From Clostridiaceae bacterium (lineage in GTDB: Bacteria > Bacillota > Clostridia > Saccharofermentanales > DTU023): a stretch of DNA of 64,000 nt. The DNA is taken from contig JAAYNE010000093.1 in the NCBI GenBank assembly GCA_012521015.1, positions 1,420 to 65,419 of the forward strand, in the 5' to 3' direction. Positions 29,361 through 40,450 of the stretch are shown piece by piece (within the stretch, counting starts at the first letter, position 1; each line of letters begins with the position of its first letter). The translations under genes were made by a program, and so were the position numbers. The notes under the pieces were generated by a model, which saw only the letters and a list, made by a program, of their open reading frames with translations, did no database searches and was not told the DNA's origin.

Positions 29361-29732
29361 TAATTTAAATAATAAGAATATAAAACAGCAGATAAACAAG
29401 CAAAAACAAGTAAATGGAAAAGCAGCACAAATCGAAATATTGGCGGAAGAAATTAAATTGTTCAATTATATTTTCTAGAATCGATGCGTAAGTTCTGAAA
29501 AACTAATACTATTGATATGAGCGTCGTCCTCAATTCCTTGCTTTTGGATGAAAAAATTGAGAAGATGCCATCGGATTTGATATACTCTTTAAAGATATGT
29601 CAGAACGAATGCTACTTGTATAAAACAAAACTAAAATTGAAGATCCGGTATATATATTCATGTTGACTGTTTAAGTGAAATGATGAAGTTAAGTTTGAAA
29701 ATAGTTTAAAAAAGATTTTTTGGAGGCAAAGA

Positions 29733-30704
29733 ATGTTGAATTTTGCAATAATAGGAGCAGGTGCAATAGCTCATAAAATGTCTGCCACAATAGTAGAAAT
29801 GGATAAGGTAAACGCATATGCTATAGCTTCTAGGAATTTAAGCAAAGCAGAAAAATTTGTCGAACAATACGGTTTTTCGAAAGCTTATGGCAGTTATGAA
29901 GAAATGCTCGCGGATACCGAGATAGATCTCGTATACATTGCAACGCCACATTCTCATCATTTTAGGCATGCGAAAGCAGCTTTAAATGCCGGGAAAAATG
30001 TATTATGCGAAAAATCGTTTACTGTTAATGCTCAGCAAGCCAAAGATCTGATAACTCTAGCTCGAGAAAAAAATCTCTTGCTAACGGAAGCAATTTGGAC
30101 GCGATACATGCCTTCACGAAAAATGATTGATGATATTATTGATTCCGGAATCATAGGCGAAATCAAGAATGTTTGTGCGAATATTGGCTATGAGCTCTCA
30201 GATGTTGTGAGACTACATGATCCAAAACTAGCCGGAGGAGCATTGTTAGACTTAGGAGTTTATTTGATAAACTTCGCTCGTATGGTTTTAGGAGATGAGA
30301 TTGAATCAATTGATACGTCGGTTATTTTTGAAAGAGGAGTCGATATTTCAGAATCAATCACTATTAAGTACAAAGGTAATAAATTAGCAGTTATGCAATG
30401 TGGTGCCAATTCAGTTCATAGTCGTATGGGTGTGATTATGGGAACAAAAGGATTCATTGAGGTAATTAACATTAATAATCCTGAAGTAATCAAAGTATAT
30501 AATTCAGAGTATAAATTAATTAGTGAACAGACAGTACCAACTCAAATATCCGGTTATGAATATCAGGTTGAAGCTTGTATTAAAGCAATAGAAAACGGTA
30601 ACATAGAATGTTCTGAAATGCCACATGCTGAAACAATAAAAGTAATGGAAATCATGGACGACATTCGCAAATCTTGGGACTATGAAATTCCATTGTTGGA
30701 TTAG
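29733..30704 (+). CDS. Gfo/Idh/MocA-family oxidoreductase
   Basis: 323 aa; N-terminal Rossmann IIGAGAIA, conserved LCEKS motif. Confidence 0.8.
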   Translation: MLNFAIIGAGAIAHKMSATIVEMDKVNAYAIASRNLSKAEKFVEQYGFSKAYGSYEEMLADTEIDLVYIATPHSHHFRHAKAALNAGKNVLCEKSFTVNAQQAKDLITLAREKNLLLTEAIWTRYMPSRKMIDDIIDSGIIGEIKNVCANIGYELSDVVRLHDPKLAGGALLDLGVYLINFARMVLGDEIESIDTSVIFERGVDISESITIKYKGNKLAVMQCGANSVHSRMGVIMGTKGFIEVININNPEVIKVYNSEYKLISEQTVPTQISGYEYQVEACIKAIENGNIECSEMPHAETIKVMEIMDDIRKSWDYEIPLLD

Positions 30705-30876
30705 CCAATTTATAAAAAAGAATATAAAAAAAACAATTGTTAAGCTAATGTAATTCCTAAACAGTTCTACAAATCTCAAGAATTAACAATTTAAATTTGA
30801 TTTTACAATTTTTTCCATAATTCGATTGACGTATGCTTGAGAAACGATACCATATCAAAAATTAAATTCCTTGTTT

Positions 30877-30906
30877 GATCCTAAGGTAATTAATTGCCTT
30901 AGGATC
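30877..30906. terminator. Perfect 10-bp-stem hairpin
   Basis: GATCCTAAGG-taattaattg-CCTTAGGATC followed by TTTCT on the + strand. Confidence 0.45.
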
Positions 30907-30986
30907 TTTCTGCTATCCATCCTTTTTAATAATTTGGTTGATACCTCAAAACATACGATTTTGGTTTGATTAAAGAATTAATTGAA

Positions 30987-32084
30987 TTAAATTTCCACTA
31001 ATTCATAATTCCTTTCGCCCAGACCGATTGCCTCAGCATGACTCAGGCAGGATTGCCATTCAGTATCAGGAAACAGATTGGTAAAATGATCATTGTGCAG
31101 ATTTTCTTTTTCACCTAATAAGCTGTTTTTAACTGCAGGAGCAGCATTTACCAAGTCTGCACAGGCCTGATCCAAAGATACCGGATCAAAAGAAGCCAGC
31201 ATTCCTATATCAGGAACGATTGCAACGTCGTTTTCAGAATGACAGTCACAGAAAGGAGAAACATCCATAATTAAGCTGACATGAAAATGTGGACGATCTT
31301 TAACAACTGCATAGGCATATTCAGCGATTTTTTCATTTAATACCGTATTGCTGTTACTGTTAATCGGACGGATTGCATCATAATTGCAACTGCCGATACA
31401 TCTTCCGCAACCTACACAAATATCGGTATTAATAAATGCCTTCTTATCAACAAAAGAAATCGCTCCGAATGCACAATTACGATAGCAGGTACCGCAACTC
31501 ACACATTTTTTGGAATTGACACGCGGTTTACCGGCATAATGCATTTCCATTTTGCCGCCACGGGATCCGCATCCCATACCGATATTTTTTATAGTTCCTC
31601 CAAATCCGGTCGCTTCATGACCTTTAAAATGTGTCATTGACAGAAAAATATCAGCATCCATAATACCTCTGCCGATTTTTGCTGCTTTGATATGTTTGCC
31701 GTTAATCGGAACTTCCACATCGTCTGTACCTTTCAGACCATCACCAATCAAAACGTGACAACCGGTAGAAAAAGGACTGAATCCGTTTTCATAAGCTGAT
31801 GAAATATGTTCTATTGCATTTTTGCGCCGACCTACATAAAGCGTATTACAATCTGTAAGAAAAGGAACACCTCCAAGTTCTTTGATGTAATCTGCAATAA
31901 CTTTAAGATAATTCGGACGCAGATAAGCTACATTACCCGGTTCCCCAAAATGGAGTTTAATAGCGGTAAACTTTTTCTTGAAATTAATTGTGTCGATACC
32001 TGCAGTCTGTACCAGCCTTTTCAGCTTAGCTAATATATTTTCTTCAACCACTGTTCGAAAATCTGTAAAAAATACTTTTGTCAT
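30987..32084 (-). CDS. DUF362-domain protein with inserted 2x[4Fe-4S] ferredoxin motifs
   Basis: 365 aa; CVSCGTCYRNC and CVGCGRCIGSC cluster motifs. Confidence 0.65.
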   Translation of the reverse strand: MTKVFFTDFRTVVEENILAKLKRLVQTAGIDTINFKKKFTAIKLHFGEPGNVAYLRPNYLKVIADYIKELGGVPFLTDCNTLYVGRRKNAIEHISSAYENGFSPFSTGCHVLIGDGLKGTDDVEVPINGKHIKAAKIGRGIMDADIFLSMTHFKGHEATGFGGTIKNIGMGCGSRGGKMEMHYAGKPRVNSKKCVSCGTCYRNCAFGAISFVDKKAFINTDICVGCGRCIGSCNYDAIRPINSNSNTVLNEKIAEYAYAVVKDRPHFHVSLIMDVSPFCDCHSENDVAIVPDIGMLASFDPVSLDQACADLVNAAPAVKNSLLGEKENLHNDHFTNLFPDTEWQSCLSHAEAIGLGERNYELVEI

Positions 32085-32154
32085 AGATATCCCTCCTAAA
32101 TTGATATTATAGCATTTGTAGACAATTCATTGAGCGAAAACAATATGCGATATA

Positions 32155-33024
32155 TCAGCGTAGTTTTTCAATCAAAGGTAATATAAGTTTGTGTAATGCA
32201 GGATTTGCCCCGAGAATCGAACTAGATTTAAAAATATCAATTGGTTGGTTGTGAAAATCAGTTACGATACCACCTGCCTCTTCAACGATCAGAATTCCTG
32301 CAGCAAAGTCCCATGGTCTGAGCTTTGATTCAAAAAAGATGTGATGTCGATTTGCAGCTAAATAAGCCAAATCCAAAGCTGCTGCACCAAAACGTCGCAC
32401 ATCTTCTGTGTTTTCAAAAACATCGTACAGAACCTGAAATATAGCTTTGTGGTTAATTTTTGTGCCACGATCATAGGGACTTGAACCAAAAGCAACTATT
32501 GCATGTTTTAAACTGGAAAGATCATTAATGATTAAATTTGTTTTCTGTAAATTCTGAAAATTTTCAGCTGTAATTATTTGTTGTTTTGCATATCTGATTA
32601 GATAAGATCCTTCATTTCTGCTAGCTTCGTATAATTCGTCTAAAAAGGGATTGTAGATTAGGGCAAAATCCAATTCATCGCCATTCCAAAAAGCCAAGGA
32701 TGTACATGAATGATGCATATCTAAAATTAAATTCTTGGTTCCGTCAACCGGATCCAGGATCCAGCAAGGATTAGCTTGATCAAATTTGTGTTGCTTATCT
32801 TCTTCACCTAAAAATTGATGATGAGGAAAAAGATCTAAGATCTGCTTTTCAATGTATTTTTGAACATCATAATCAATTTTTGTTACATAATCTGCAAAAC
32901 CCTTTTGTTCGATTACCTTTATGTGTTCAGGAGATTTTGCTATAGACATTATAATATCCGAAGACTGTAAAACGGTTCGTATTACTTCAAATTTTTCCTT
33001 ATTTGTTAATTTATACATTTTCAC
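32155..33024 (-). CDS. Inositol monophosphatase-family phosphatase
   Basis: 289 aa; WILDPVDGTKN and FLGEE motifs. Confidence 0.8.
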   Translation of the reverse strand: MKMYKLTNKEKFEVIRTVLQSSDIIMSIAKSPEHIKVIEQKGFADYVTKIDYDVQKYIEKQILDLFPHHQFLGEEDKQHKFDQANPCWILDPVDGTKNLILDMHHSCTSLAFWNGDELDFALIYNPFLDELYEASRNEGSYLIRYAKQQIITAENFQNLQKTNLIINDLSSLKHAIVAFGSSPYDRGTKINHKAIFQVLYDVFENTEDVRRFGAAALDLAYLAANRHHIFFESKLRPWDFAAGILIVEEAGGIVTDFHNQPIDIFKSSSILGANPALHKLILPLIEKLR

Positions 33025-33346
33025 CTCATACTTTTATTTAACAACTTTATATTATTATACATTTTATACATTACTATTTGTTAAAAATGATGCTTTTTCA
33101 TAAATACAATATGATCTTTAAGAAAATAGATTATTCAGAATTACTGCTAGCGACCGAAGTGTACTTTGTAGACGACGGAAAATCACATAAAATTTTTAAG
33201 AACCAATTTCAAGATAACTTTCATTAAATTGGTCTAAACTCTACAATTGAATTAGTATAGTTTTTGACAAACAGCTTCATCTAAAACGAATATTCAATTA
33301 TAATTAAATAGTATCTTGTTGAATATCAATCAGGAGGCATCATATT

Positions 33347-34813
33347 ATGTTAGAGAGTGTTTATGCGAAAGAATTCAATAGTCCTTTCTCGAATCAAAGC
33401 AGATCTGCTTTAGGAGAAAAATTGGCGGAATTACAAAGAGAATGTAATGATGAAGATATATCTGTGATTATTATGGTTGATGGTTGGGAGTCTTCCGGTA
33501 AAGGATTGGTCATCAATAATTTGGCTAGAGAATTCGATGCTAAATCTTCAAGAGTAGCTGTATTCGAAGATTATAGCAAAGAAGATGATTATATTTATAC
33601 ATATCAATTTTGGAAGCACAAACCCGCAATGGGCGATTTCGGTATTTTTGATCGTAGTATGTACTATCATCTATTTAACCGATTAGATTTGTCGGAAGAA
33701 GATCAACAAAAATGGATTCGCCACATCAAGAATTTAGAACAGACTTTATATGATGATGAAATTATTTTAATTAAGTTTTTCTTACATCAAACTAAAGAAC
33801 AACAAAAAAAGATTATTGATACTCATCAACAAGATCCATATAGAAATATTTTAGTAACTAAAAAAGATATAGAACAAAATGAAAAATATGAAGAGTATTT
33901 TAAGCATTTCGATACTGTGCTGAAGCTGACAAATTTTGAAATTGCACCATGGCAAATAGTTCCTTCAGCGAATCGTAAATTGGCTTCTAAACATGTTATG
34001 GGAACCTCTATAGAGATTATTAAAGAGGAAATTAAACGGATATATAAAACGCGTGAAGAAGAGAAAAAGTATAAACATCAACCTATTAAAATAGAAAATT
34101 CGATCAAAGATTTTGATTTGTCCTCGTCTTTAAGTGGCGAAGATTATAAAAAAGTTATTGGTGATTTACAAGATCATGCAGGAGCTTTGGCTTTTGCTTT
34201 AGCTAGAGAAAATATTCCAACAGTTATGGTATTTGAAGGCATGGATGCTGCCGGAAAAGGTGGTGCGATTAGACGTTTGATTCACCGAATGGATGCCAGG
34301 CTGTATGATATTAACCCGACATCTGCTCCTTCAGATTTGGAAAAAGAACATCATTATCTTTGGAGATTCTATAATAACTTCCCGCGAGATGGGCATATCG
34401 CTATTTTTGATCGTTCCTGGTATGGCAGAGTTATGGTTGAGCGTATAGAAGGATTTGCCACTGAAGCAGAATGGTCAAGAGCCTATACTGAAATTCGCAA
34501 TATGGAAGAAGAATTATTAGATGACGGGATGCTGTTAATGAAATTCTTTTTGTTAATCTCAAAGGATGAGCAAGAAAGACGCTTTAAAGCAAGACAGATA
34601 AATAAACCTTATAAGATAACCGAAGAGGACTGGCGTAATCGAGAAAAATGGGATGTTTATGTTGAGGCAATTGATGAAATGATTGCACAAACAAGTACGG
34701 AAGCCGCTCCTTGGACAATTGTTTCCAGTGAAGACAAAAAACATGCTAGAGTACAAGTTCTCGAAACCTTCATTCGCGAAGCAGAAAGAATCTTAGAAAA
34801 AAACAAAGATTAA
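33347..34813 (+). CDS. Two-domain PPK2-family enzyme (polyphosphate:AMP phosphotransferase-like)
   Basis: 488 aa with two tandem PPK2 domains (DGWESSGKG and EGMDAAGKGG Walker A-like loops). Confidence 0.8.
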   Translation: MLESVYAKEFNSPFSNQSRSALGEKLAELQRECNDEDISVIIMVDGWESSGKGLVINNLAREFDAKSSRVAVFEDYSKEDDYIYTYQFWKHKPAMGDFGIFDRSMYYHLFNRLDLSEEDQQKWIRHIKNLEQTLYDDEIILIKFFLHQTKEQQKKIIDTHQQDPYRNILVTKKDIEQNEKYEEYFKHFDTVLKLTNFEIAPWQIVPSANRKLASKHVMGTSIEIIKEEIKRIYKTREEEKKYKHQPIKIENSIKDFDLSSSLSGEDYKKVIGDLQDHAGALAFALARENIPTVMVFEGMDAAGKGGAIRRLIHRMDARLYDINPTSAPSDLEKEHHYLWRFYNNFPRDGHIAIFDRSWYGRVMVERIEGFATEAEWSRAYTEIRNMEEELLDDGMLLMKFFLLISKDEQERRFKARQINKPYKITEEDWRNREKWDVYVEAIDEMIAQTSTEAAPWTIVSSEDKKHARVQVLETFIREAERILEKNKD

Positions 34814-34845
34814 AAGATTAATTCAAAAAAATGAGAGTTACACAA

Positions 34846-34885
34846 AAAGATGATAGTTGCATAATAATACAATTATCATCTTTTT
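34846..34885. terminator. Bidirectional terminator between convergent genes
   Basis: 14-bp stem AAAGATGATAGTTG/CAATTATCATCTTT (one G-U), flanked by A- and T-runs. Confidence 0.65.
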
Positions 34886-34949
34886 AGATTTGTCTTAAGC
34901 AGTAGAACAGGGCTAATTGGTGATAGGGTAATTCAAAATTTAGATTGTA

Positions 34950-35132
34950 TTAATCTGGCTTTCCATATGTAAAACTTACCTCCGGATCTATACCAGAGTA
35001 ATAATTTGAAGTAACGTTCGTTTGTTCTAGTTCTATATTTAGAGTAGAGTTTTTAGCTAACGGATTTCCGCATTTTTTACAAAAATTCACATCTTTTTCA
35101 CCAATGTCAAAACCACACTTCGGGCAAAACAT
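34950..35132 (-). CDS. Small zinc-ribbon protein
   Basis: 60 aa; CPKCG…CKKCG double CxxC. Confidence 0.5.
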   Translation of the reverse strand: MFCPKCGFDIGEKDVNFCKKCGNPLAKNSTLNIELEQTNVTSNYYSGIDPEVSFTYGKPD

Positions 35133-35182
35133 ATATTACACCTCCAAAAAGGTTAAGATAATAATATTATTTATTTCTGTAC

Positions 35183-36007
35183 TTAAATTTTGCTTAGTAA
35201 TTCCTCTACCGGATAAAGAGAAAGAATACACTGATGGGGGCAGACCTGTTGACAGGCTCCGCAATTGGTGCATTTTTCATAGTCAATGACGGCGCGATTA
35301 TTGTTGATCGTAATGCAATTTTCCGGGCAAGCATTTAGACAACGTCTGCAAGCGATACAAGATACTTGGCAAACTTTATTGGCAACTGGTCCTCGGTCTT
35401 CATTTTGGCAGAAAACAATGGAGTAGGCTCTTTCCAAAGGCATCAACTGAATAATATTACGTGGACATATTTTGATACATTCCATACAGGAAGTACATTT
35501 GGTAGGATCAACAAAAGCGACTCCATCAATTATATGAAGAGCATCAAATTTACAGGCTGAAACGCAATCGCCATAACCAAGACAACCATAGCCACATAGG
35601 GCATCACCGCCGGCTACCAACGTGGCCATTTGACAAGATTTAGGCCCTGTATAATTAGCTCTTTTTTGCGTATGATGAGAATTTCCCTGACACATAACCA
35701 CTGCGGTTGTTTTGATTATCTTGTCGGCTTTAATGCCTAAATAAGCAGAAATTTGATCGACGGTATGTTGTCCGCCCGGTTTGCATAAGGTTATATTTTT
35801 TTCATCGCCGCTTGCTAAAGCTTGAGCATAGCCGTCACATCCTGTATAACCGCAAGCACCACAATTGGCACTTGGCAGCATAGCTCTGATCTTTTCTTCT
35901 TTTTCTTCAACTTCAACTGTCATCAATTTGGAAAAGACAGCTAAGATTATGCCTAAAATAATTCCTGCAACACCGATAATTAAACTTGCAAACAATATGT
36001 CCGTCAT
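35183..36007 (-). CDS. rnfB: Rnf complex subunit B
   Basis: N-terminal TM helix, CGACGYTGC motif, multiple 4Fe-4S ferredoxin motifs. Confidence 0.9.
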   Translation of the reverse strand: MTDILFASLIIGVAGIILGIILAVFSKLMTVEVEEKEEKIRAMLPSANCGACGYTGCDGYAQALASGDEKNITLCKPGGQHTVDQISAYLGIKADKIIKTTAVVMCQGNSHHTQKRANYTGPKSCQMATLVAGGDALCGYGCLGYGDCVSACKFDALHIIDGVAFVDPTKCTSCMECIKICPRNIIQLMPLERAYSIVFCQNEDRGPVANKVCQVSCIACRRCLNACPENCITINNNRAVIDYEKCTNCGACQQVCPHQCILSLYPVEELLSKI

Positions 36008-36016
36008 GAGACCCTC

Positions 36017-36610
36017 CTACGCAAATAAATTCTCTGCGATCCCGACAAAACCTTGAAAAGCGAGGGCAGCAATACCGGCAGCGATTAAGGTGATCGGTAA
36101 ACCGGATAAAAATTCCGGAATATCTGATTGATCAATACGAGAACGAATTCCTGAAAACATGAACATAGCAAGCAGAAATCCCAAACCGCCGCCTATGGAA
36201 TTGACCATAGATTCGATAAAGTTGTATTCGGATTGTACGTTTAATAAAACAACACCCAATACGATACAATTTGTTGTAATCAGCGGTAAATATATGCCAA
36301 GTGCATTATATAAAGGAACCATATAACGTTTCATAAAAGTTTCGACTAATTGAACCAGAGCAGCAATAATTAAAATGAAAACTAAAGTTTGCAAATATTC
36401 TAAATTATAAGCTTCGAGAATCAAATGATTGATTGGCCAAGTAACAGCGGTCGCCAGCACCATGACGAAAATAACAGCGATGCTCATACCCATGGCTGTT
36501 TTTAAGTTTTTCGAAACTCCCAAAAAAGGACAAATGCCTAAAAATTGCACGAATACATAATTTTCAACAAGAATGGCAACAAATAATATGTATAATAAAT
36601 TTGTGTTCAT
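36017..36610 (-). CDS. rnfA: Rnf complex subunit A
   Basis: 197-aa polytopic protein, NqrE/RnfA pattern, operon position. Confidence 0.9.
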   Translation of the reverse strand: MNTNLLYILFVAILVENYVFVQFLGICPFLGVSKNLKTAMGMSIAVIFVMVLATAVTWPINHLILEAYNLEYLQTLVFILIIAALVQLVETFMKRYMVPLYNALGIYLPLITTNCIVLGVVLLNVQSEYNFIESMVNSIGGGLGFLLAMFMFSGIRSRIDQSDIPEFLSGLPITLIAAGIAALAFQGFVGIAENLFA

Positions 36611-37401
36611 TGATTTGTCTCCTTTTCAGTATTTGGTTTAGCATACTTGTCAATTTCAATATCAACTTTATCCAGTTTTTCAAATTTTGCATCAGCTTTT
36701 TTATTTTCGGATTTAATATCAACTTCCCCAGCTTTTTGCAATCGGATTAAATTTTCTCCACAAAGACCTGCAACAGGACAAGTATGACAATTCAATTGCG
36801 CTTTCGGTTTGCCTTGTAAAGTGGCCAGTTTGTTCCAAATAGCCATTAGAAAACCAAGTACAAGAAAACCACCGGTAGGTAATGTAAAAATTAATATTGT
36901 GTATTCTTCCGGAATGATTTGAAAGCCGAATAATGAACCGAAACCAAATAGTTCACGAATAAAAGCAATTGAGAGTAAGGCGATAGTATAGCCGATCCCC
37001 ATACCTAAACCATCTAGTGCTGCATAACCGATTGAATTTTTCGCAGCAAATGCTTCAGCACGCCCTAAAATAATACAATTGACAACAATCAGGGGTAAAT
37101 AAACGCCGAGCATATCATTGATTTCTAATAAATAAGCCTTCAATAATAATTGAACGATAGTAACAAATCCTGCTATAACTGTAATAAACGCAGGAATTCT
37201 GACCATGTCCGGAATAATTTTTCGCAAGGAAGAAATAACAACATTTGATAAAACTAAGACAAAAATAACGGACATTCCCATACCTAATGAAGCGATCATT
37301 GTACTGGAAACAGCAAGAGAAGAACACATGCCAAGAACTAAACGAAAGATCGGATTTTCTTTAATAAATCCTTGAAAAAACACTTCTTTTGATTTATTCA
37401 T
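36607..37401 (-). CDS. rnfE: Rnf complex subunit E with ~65-aa C-terminal extension
   Basis: 264 aa; RnfE/NqrD core plus tail …QLNCHTCPVAGLCGENL… then a K/E-rich segment. Confidence 0.85.
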   Translation of the reverse strand: MNKSKEVFFQGFIKENPIFRLVLGMCSSLAVSSTMIASLGMGMSVIFVLVLSNVVISSLRKIIPDMVRIPAFITVIAGFVTIVQLLLKAYLLEINDMLGVYLPLIVVNCIILGRAEAFAAKNSIGYAALDGLGMGIGYTIALLSIAFIRELFGFGSLFGFQIIPEEYTILIFTLPTGGFLVLGFLMAIWNKLATLQGKPKAQLNCHTCPVAGLCGENLIRLQKAGEVDIKSENKKADAKFEKLDKVDIEIDKYAKPNTEKETNQ

Positions 37402-37975
37402 CGTTACCTCCGGAGATCAAGTCAAATTGTCCTAAGCTTTTTTGAACTGATTCAACGAAAGCATTTGAGCTACTGGTAGCTCCGGAAATTGCTTGAATTT
37501 CATTATCACTCGGATTAGTACCTGAAACAGCATGTAGTCCGATTGTTTTACCGATAAATTGATCTGTAAAAGCAGGATCTTCAATTTGTGTTCCGATACC
37601 CGGTGTTTCAGCCAGATCCAGAGCTTTAACACCGGTGATTTTTCCATCCGGATCAACACCGACATTGACGATAACGGAACCGCCATAGCCATGTGTTCCG
37701 TTCTTAAAAACATAACCGACGAGGTTACCGTTTTGATCGTAGGCTTCATTGTAATAGAAATGTTTATCTGCAATAAATTCTTTTTCAACGAAGTCTATAC
37801 CTTCAGGCATCACGAATTGTTTTGCTTCATTTTCCTGTGCCAATTCTTGTGCTTTAATCGGTTCTGCTGTAATATTATTAACCAAAGCCAACAGTAATGC
37901 CGTTATAAAACAGATTAGACCCAATATGATTGTAGGCTTAAGAATTTGCATTAGATTTGAATTTTTATTTTTCAT
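37394..37975 (-). CDS. rnfG: Rnf complex subunit G
   Basis: 193 aa; N-terminal TM anchor, FMN-attachment region SGATSSS. Confidence 0.9.
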   Translation of the reverse strand: MKNKNSNLMQILKPTIILGLICFITALLLALVNNITAEPIKAQELAQENEAKQFVMPEGIDFVEKEFIADKHFYYNEAYDQNGNLVGYVFKNGTHGYGGSVIVNVGVDPDGKITGVKALDLAETPGIGTQIEDPAFTDQFIGKTIGLHAVSGTNPSDNEIQAISGATSSSNAFVESVQKSLGQFDLISGGNDE

Positions 37976-38087
37976 ATCAACACCTGGTCCATTTTTCTTT
38001 GCGATTTTATCTGCATTCTTATTTTAATATCCATTGGATCATCCTGAACAGTTTTGCTTAAAAGATATACCTTTTCTTACGTGATTT

Positions 38088-39095
38088 TCATAAATCAGTT
38101 TGTTTGTTAAATTCTGTACCGAAAGGCTTTTCTTTAGTAAAGCGGTCAATATGAGGTGTCAATATATTCATCGTCAAAATTGCAAATGAGACACCTTCAG
38201 GTAAATTACTCCAAAAACGGATAATGGATGTTAATATACCTAAGCCGATTCCAAAAATAAATTTTCCTTTGTTGGTTAAAGGACTGGTAGTATAATCGGT
38301 TGCCATAAAAAAAGCGCTGAACAACAAGCCGCCACTGAATAAATGATAGAGCATGAATTGTATACTAAACCCACCGAAAAGGAAAGAAAGAACGGCTACC
38401 GTTCCTATATAAGAAATTGGAATATACCACTTAATAATTTTCCTGAATAATAAATATAAACCGCCAAGCAATATAGCTATAGCACACGTTTCACCAATAG
38501 CGGTTGTTCTCTGAATACCGAAAAACAAATCGCGCAATGTGCATAATTCATTCGAATCAGTACCGGCTTTTAGTAAAACCAAAACGGTTGCACTGGAAGA
38601 GGAGTCCATCACAGAATTGCTCAAATGCAATGCTCTTGCCAAAGGTTCTGAATTTTTGGCAAAAGACGAGGCAAATGCTGAAACGAGGACAATTCTTGTC
38701 GTAACTGCGGGATTGGCGAAATTTTGACCGAGACCGCCGAAAGCAGCTTTAACGACAACAATAGCAAATATAGTGCCGACTATTAATTGCCAAAAAGGAA
38801 AATCTAACGGTAAATTTAACACTAAGATTACAGCAGTTACGATGCAGGACAGATCCTGTATCGTTTGTTTTCTTTTCATCGCTTTTTGGATTAGAAATTC
38901 TGCTAATATAGCGGTGATAGAAGCAACAGCTACTGACAATAGAACGCGGCAGCCATAAATGAAAGCAGTAGCAATAACAATCGGTAATAATGCGATTAAT
39001 ACATTTCCCATTACACTGGTCGTTGTTCTATGACATCGGAGATGTGGGCTAGAAGCAATGATCAAATGATTTTGTTCTGGTGTTTTTGCAGACAT
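38088..39095 (-). CDS. rnfD: Rnf complex subunit D
   Basis: Polytopic NqrB/RnfD pattern. Start set to the ATG at 39095 (GAGGTAAG RBS), which avoids overlap with rnfC. Confidence 0.85.
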   Translation of the reverse strand: MSAKTPEQNHLIIASSPHLRCHRTTTSVMGNVLIALLPIVIATAFIYGCRVLLSVAVASITAILAEFLIQKAMKRKQTIQDLSCIVTAVILVLNLPLDFPFWQLIVGTIFAIVVVKAAFGGLGQNFANPAVTTRIVLVSAFASSFAKNSEPLARALHLSNSVMDSSSSATVLVLLKAGTDSNELCTLRDLFFGIQRTTAIGETCAIAILLGGLYLLFRKIIKWYIPISYIGTVAVLSFLFGGFSIQFMLYHLFSGGLLFSAFFMATDYTTSPLTNKGKFIFGIGLGILTSIIRFWSNLPEGVSFAILTMNILTPHIDRFTKEKPFGTEFNKQTDL

Positions 39096-39121
39096 AAGAT
39101 TTCTTACCTCGAATAGATTTG

Positions 39122-40450
39122 TTATTTTTGTTTTTTCCCAAAACGCAAATATTGTACTAATGGAATTTTTGCCGGGCATATATAATCGCAACTGCCGCAT
39201 TCCATACAAGTCAATAAACCATCATTTTTGGCTTGCTCAATTTGATTTTTTTTGATTGCTCTGACAAGACTTGTCGGTTGTAATTGCATTGGGCAAACAT
39301 CAATACATTTTGCACAACGTATACAGTTACTTTCATTTGCCAATTGGAACTCATTTCTTAACATGGCAAGAATTGCATTATTTTGTTTAAGGACAGGATT
39401 CTCTAAACTGGAGAGTGCAATGCCCATCATCGGTCCTCCCATCATTACCAGATCCGGTTTATCCTTTAAACCTGCAAAAGCTAACAAATCTGAGATGAGA
39501 GAACCGATCGGAACATCCACATTCTGTGGATTTGACACGGCACTGCCAGCTACCGTAATAGATTTATTTACTAAAGGCATTCCTGTTCGCAAATATTTTC
39601 CAAGTTCGGCTAAAGAGGTTGTGTTCATAACGACGCAGCCTACATCTTTTGGCAACTTGCCACCAGGAACAATTCTGCCGGTGGTATTATAAATAACCAA
39701 TTTCTCCATGCCTTTCGGATAAACGGAATTCATGATAACGATTTTAATATCAGCATACTTTTGTGGTTCTTGATTTAGCTTTTTCAACAAGATATTAGCT
39801 GCTTCCATTTTATTATCTTCAATAGCAATAATGCCGTTCGGAATACCTAGCCATTTCATAATAGCGCGCATAGCATCCAAAATATCTTCATTGCAAAAAC
39901 GCATCTTATAATCGTCAACTGTAATATACGGTTCACATTCCGCACCATTGGCAATTAATATATCTACTTCATTGTCTTCAAGAGTTAATTTGACAGAAGT
40001 GGGAAAACCGGCTCCACCAAGACCGACTAAGCCACTTTTACGAACTTCCAGTAGAAAATCTTCTCGTGAATTAATCTGCGGTACAGTCAAATTTTCATAC
40101 GGGGTCATTTTCCCGTCTGATTCGATCTCAATGATCTGAGTTGTTGAACCGCTATGATTTATATCAGCAATTTGTATTGATTTTATGATACCGGAAATAG
40201 AAGCATGAATGGGACTGGAAACAAATGCTTCTGAATCGGCGATTAATTGACCGACTTTTACTTGATCACTAACTTTCACAGTCGGTTTACATTCAGCACC
40301 AATATGCATATTCAAGGGTATATATACTTTTTTCGGTGATAAAGCGGCTAATTTTTCAGAGAAATTAGTTGTTTTTTGATGATTTAATCTCACGCCACCC
40401 CGATTAATTTTGACGGGATCAGCCAACCCATTTGATAATTTTGTCTTCAT
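39122..40450 (-). CDS. rnfC: Rnf complex subunit C
   Basis: GLVGLGGAGFPT nucleotide-binding motif and two 4Fe-4S motifs (CIRCAKCIDVCP, CMECGSCDYICP). ATG at 40450 preferred over the GTG at 40465. Confidence 0.9.
   Translation of the reverse strand: MKTKLSNGLADPVKINRGGVRLNHQKTTNFSEKLAALSPKKVYIPLNMHIGAECKPTVKVSDQVKVGQLIADSEAFVSSPIHASISGIIKSIQIADINHSGSTTQIIEIESDGKMTPYENLTVPQINSREDFLLEVRKSGLVGLGGAGFPTSVKLTLEDNEVDILIANGAECEPYITVDDYKMRFCNEDILDAMRAIMKWLGIPNGIIAIEDNKMEAANILLKKLNQEPQKYADIKIVIMNSVYPKGMEKLVIYNTTGRIVPGGKLPKDVGCVVMNTTSLAELGKYLRTGMPLVNKSITVAGSAVSNPQNVDVPIGSLISDLLAFAGLKDKPDLVMMGGPMMGIALSSLENPVLKQNNAILAMLRNEFQLANESNCIRCAKCIDVCPMQLQPTSLVRAIKKNQIEQAKNDGLLTCMECGSCDYICPAKIPLVQYLRFGKKQK

Noticed and set aside
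29361-29732. Short ORFs in the spacer after the permease (e.g. a ~49-aa ORF from 29518, MSVVLNSLLLDEKIEKMPSDL…)
   Set aside because: They have no RBS and no recognisable family, and stops are frequent in neighbouring frames. They could be gene debris, but I cannot support a call.
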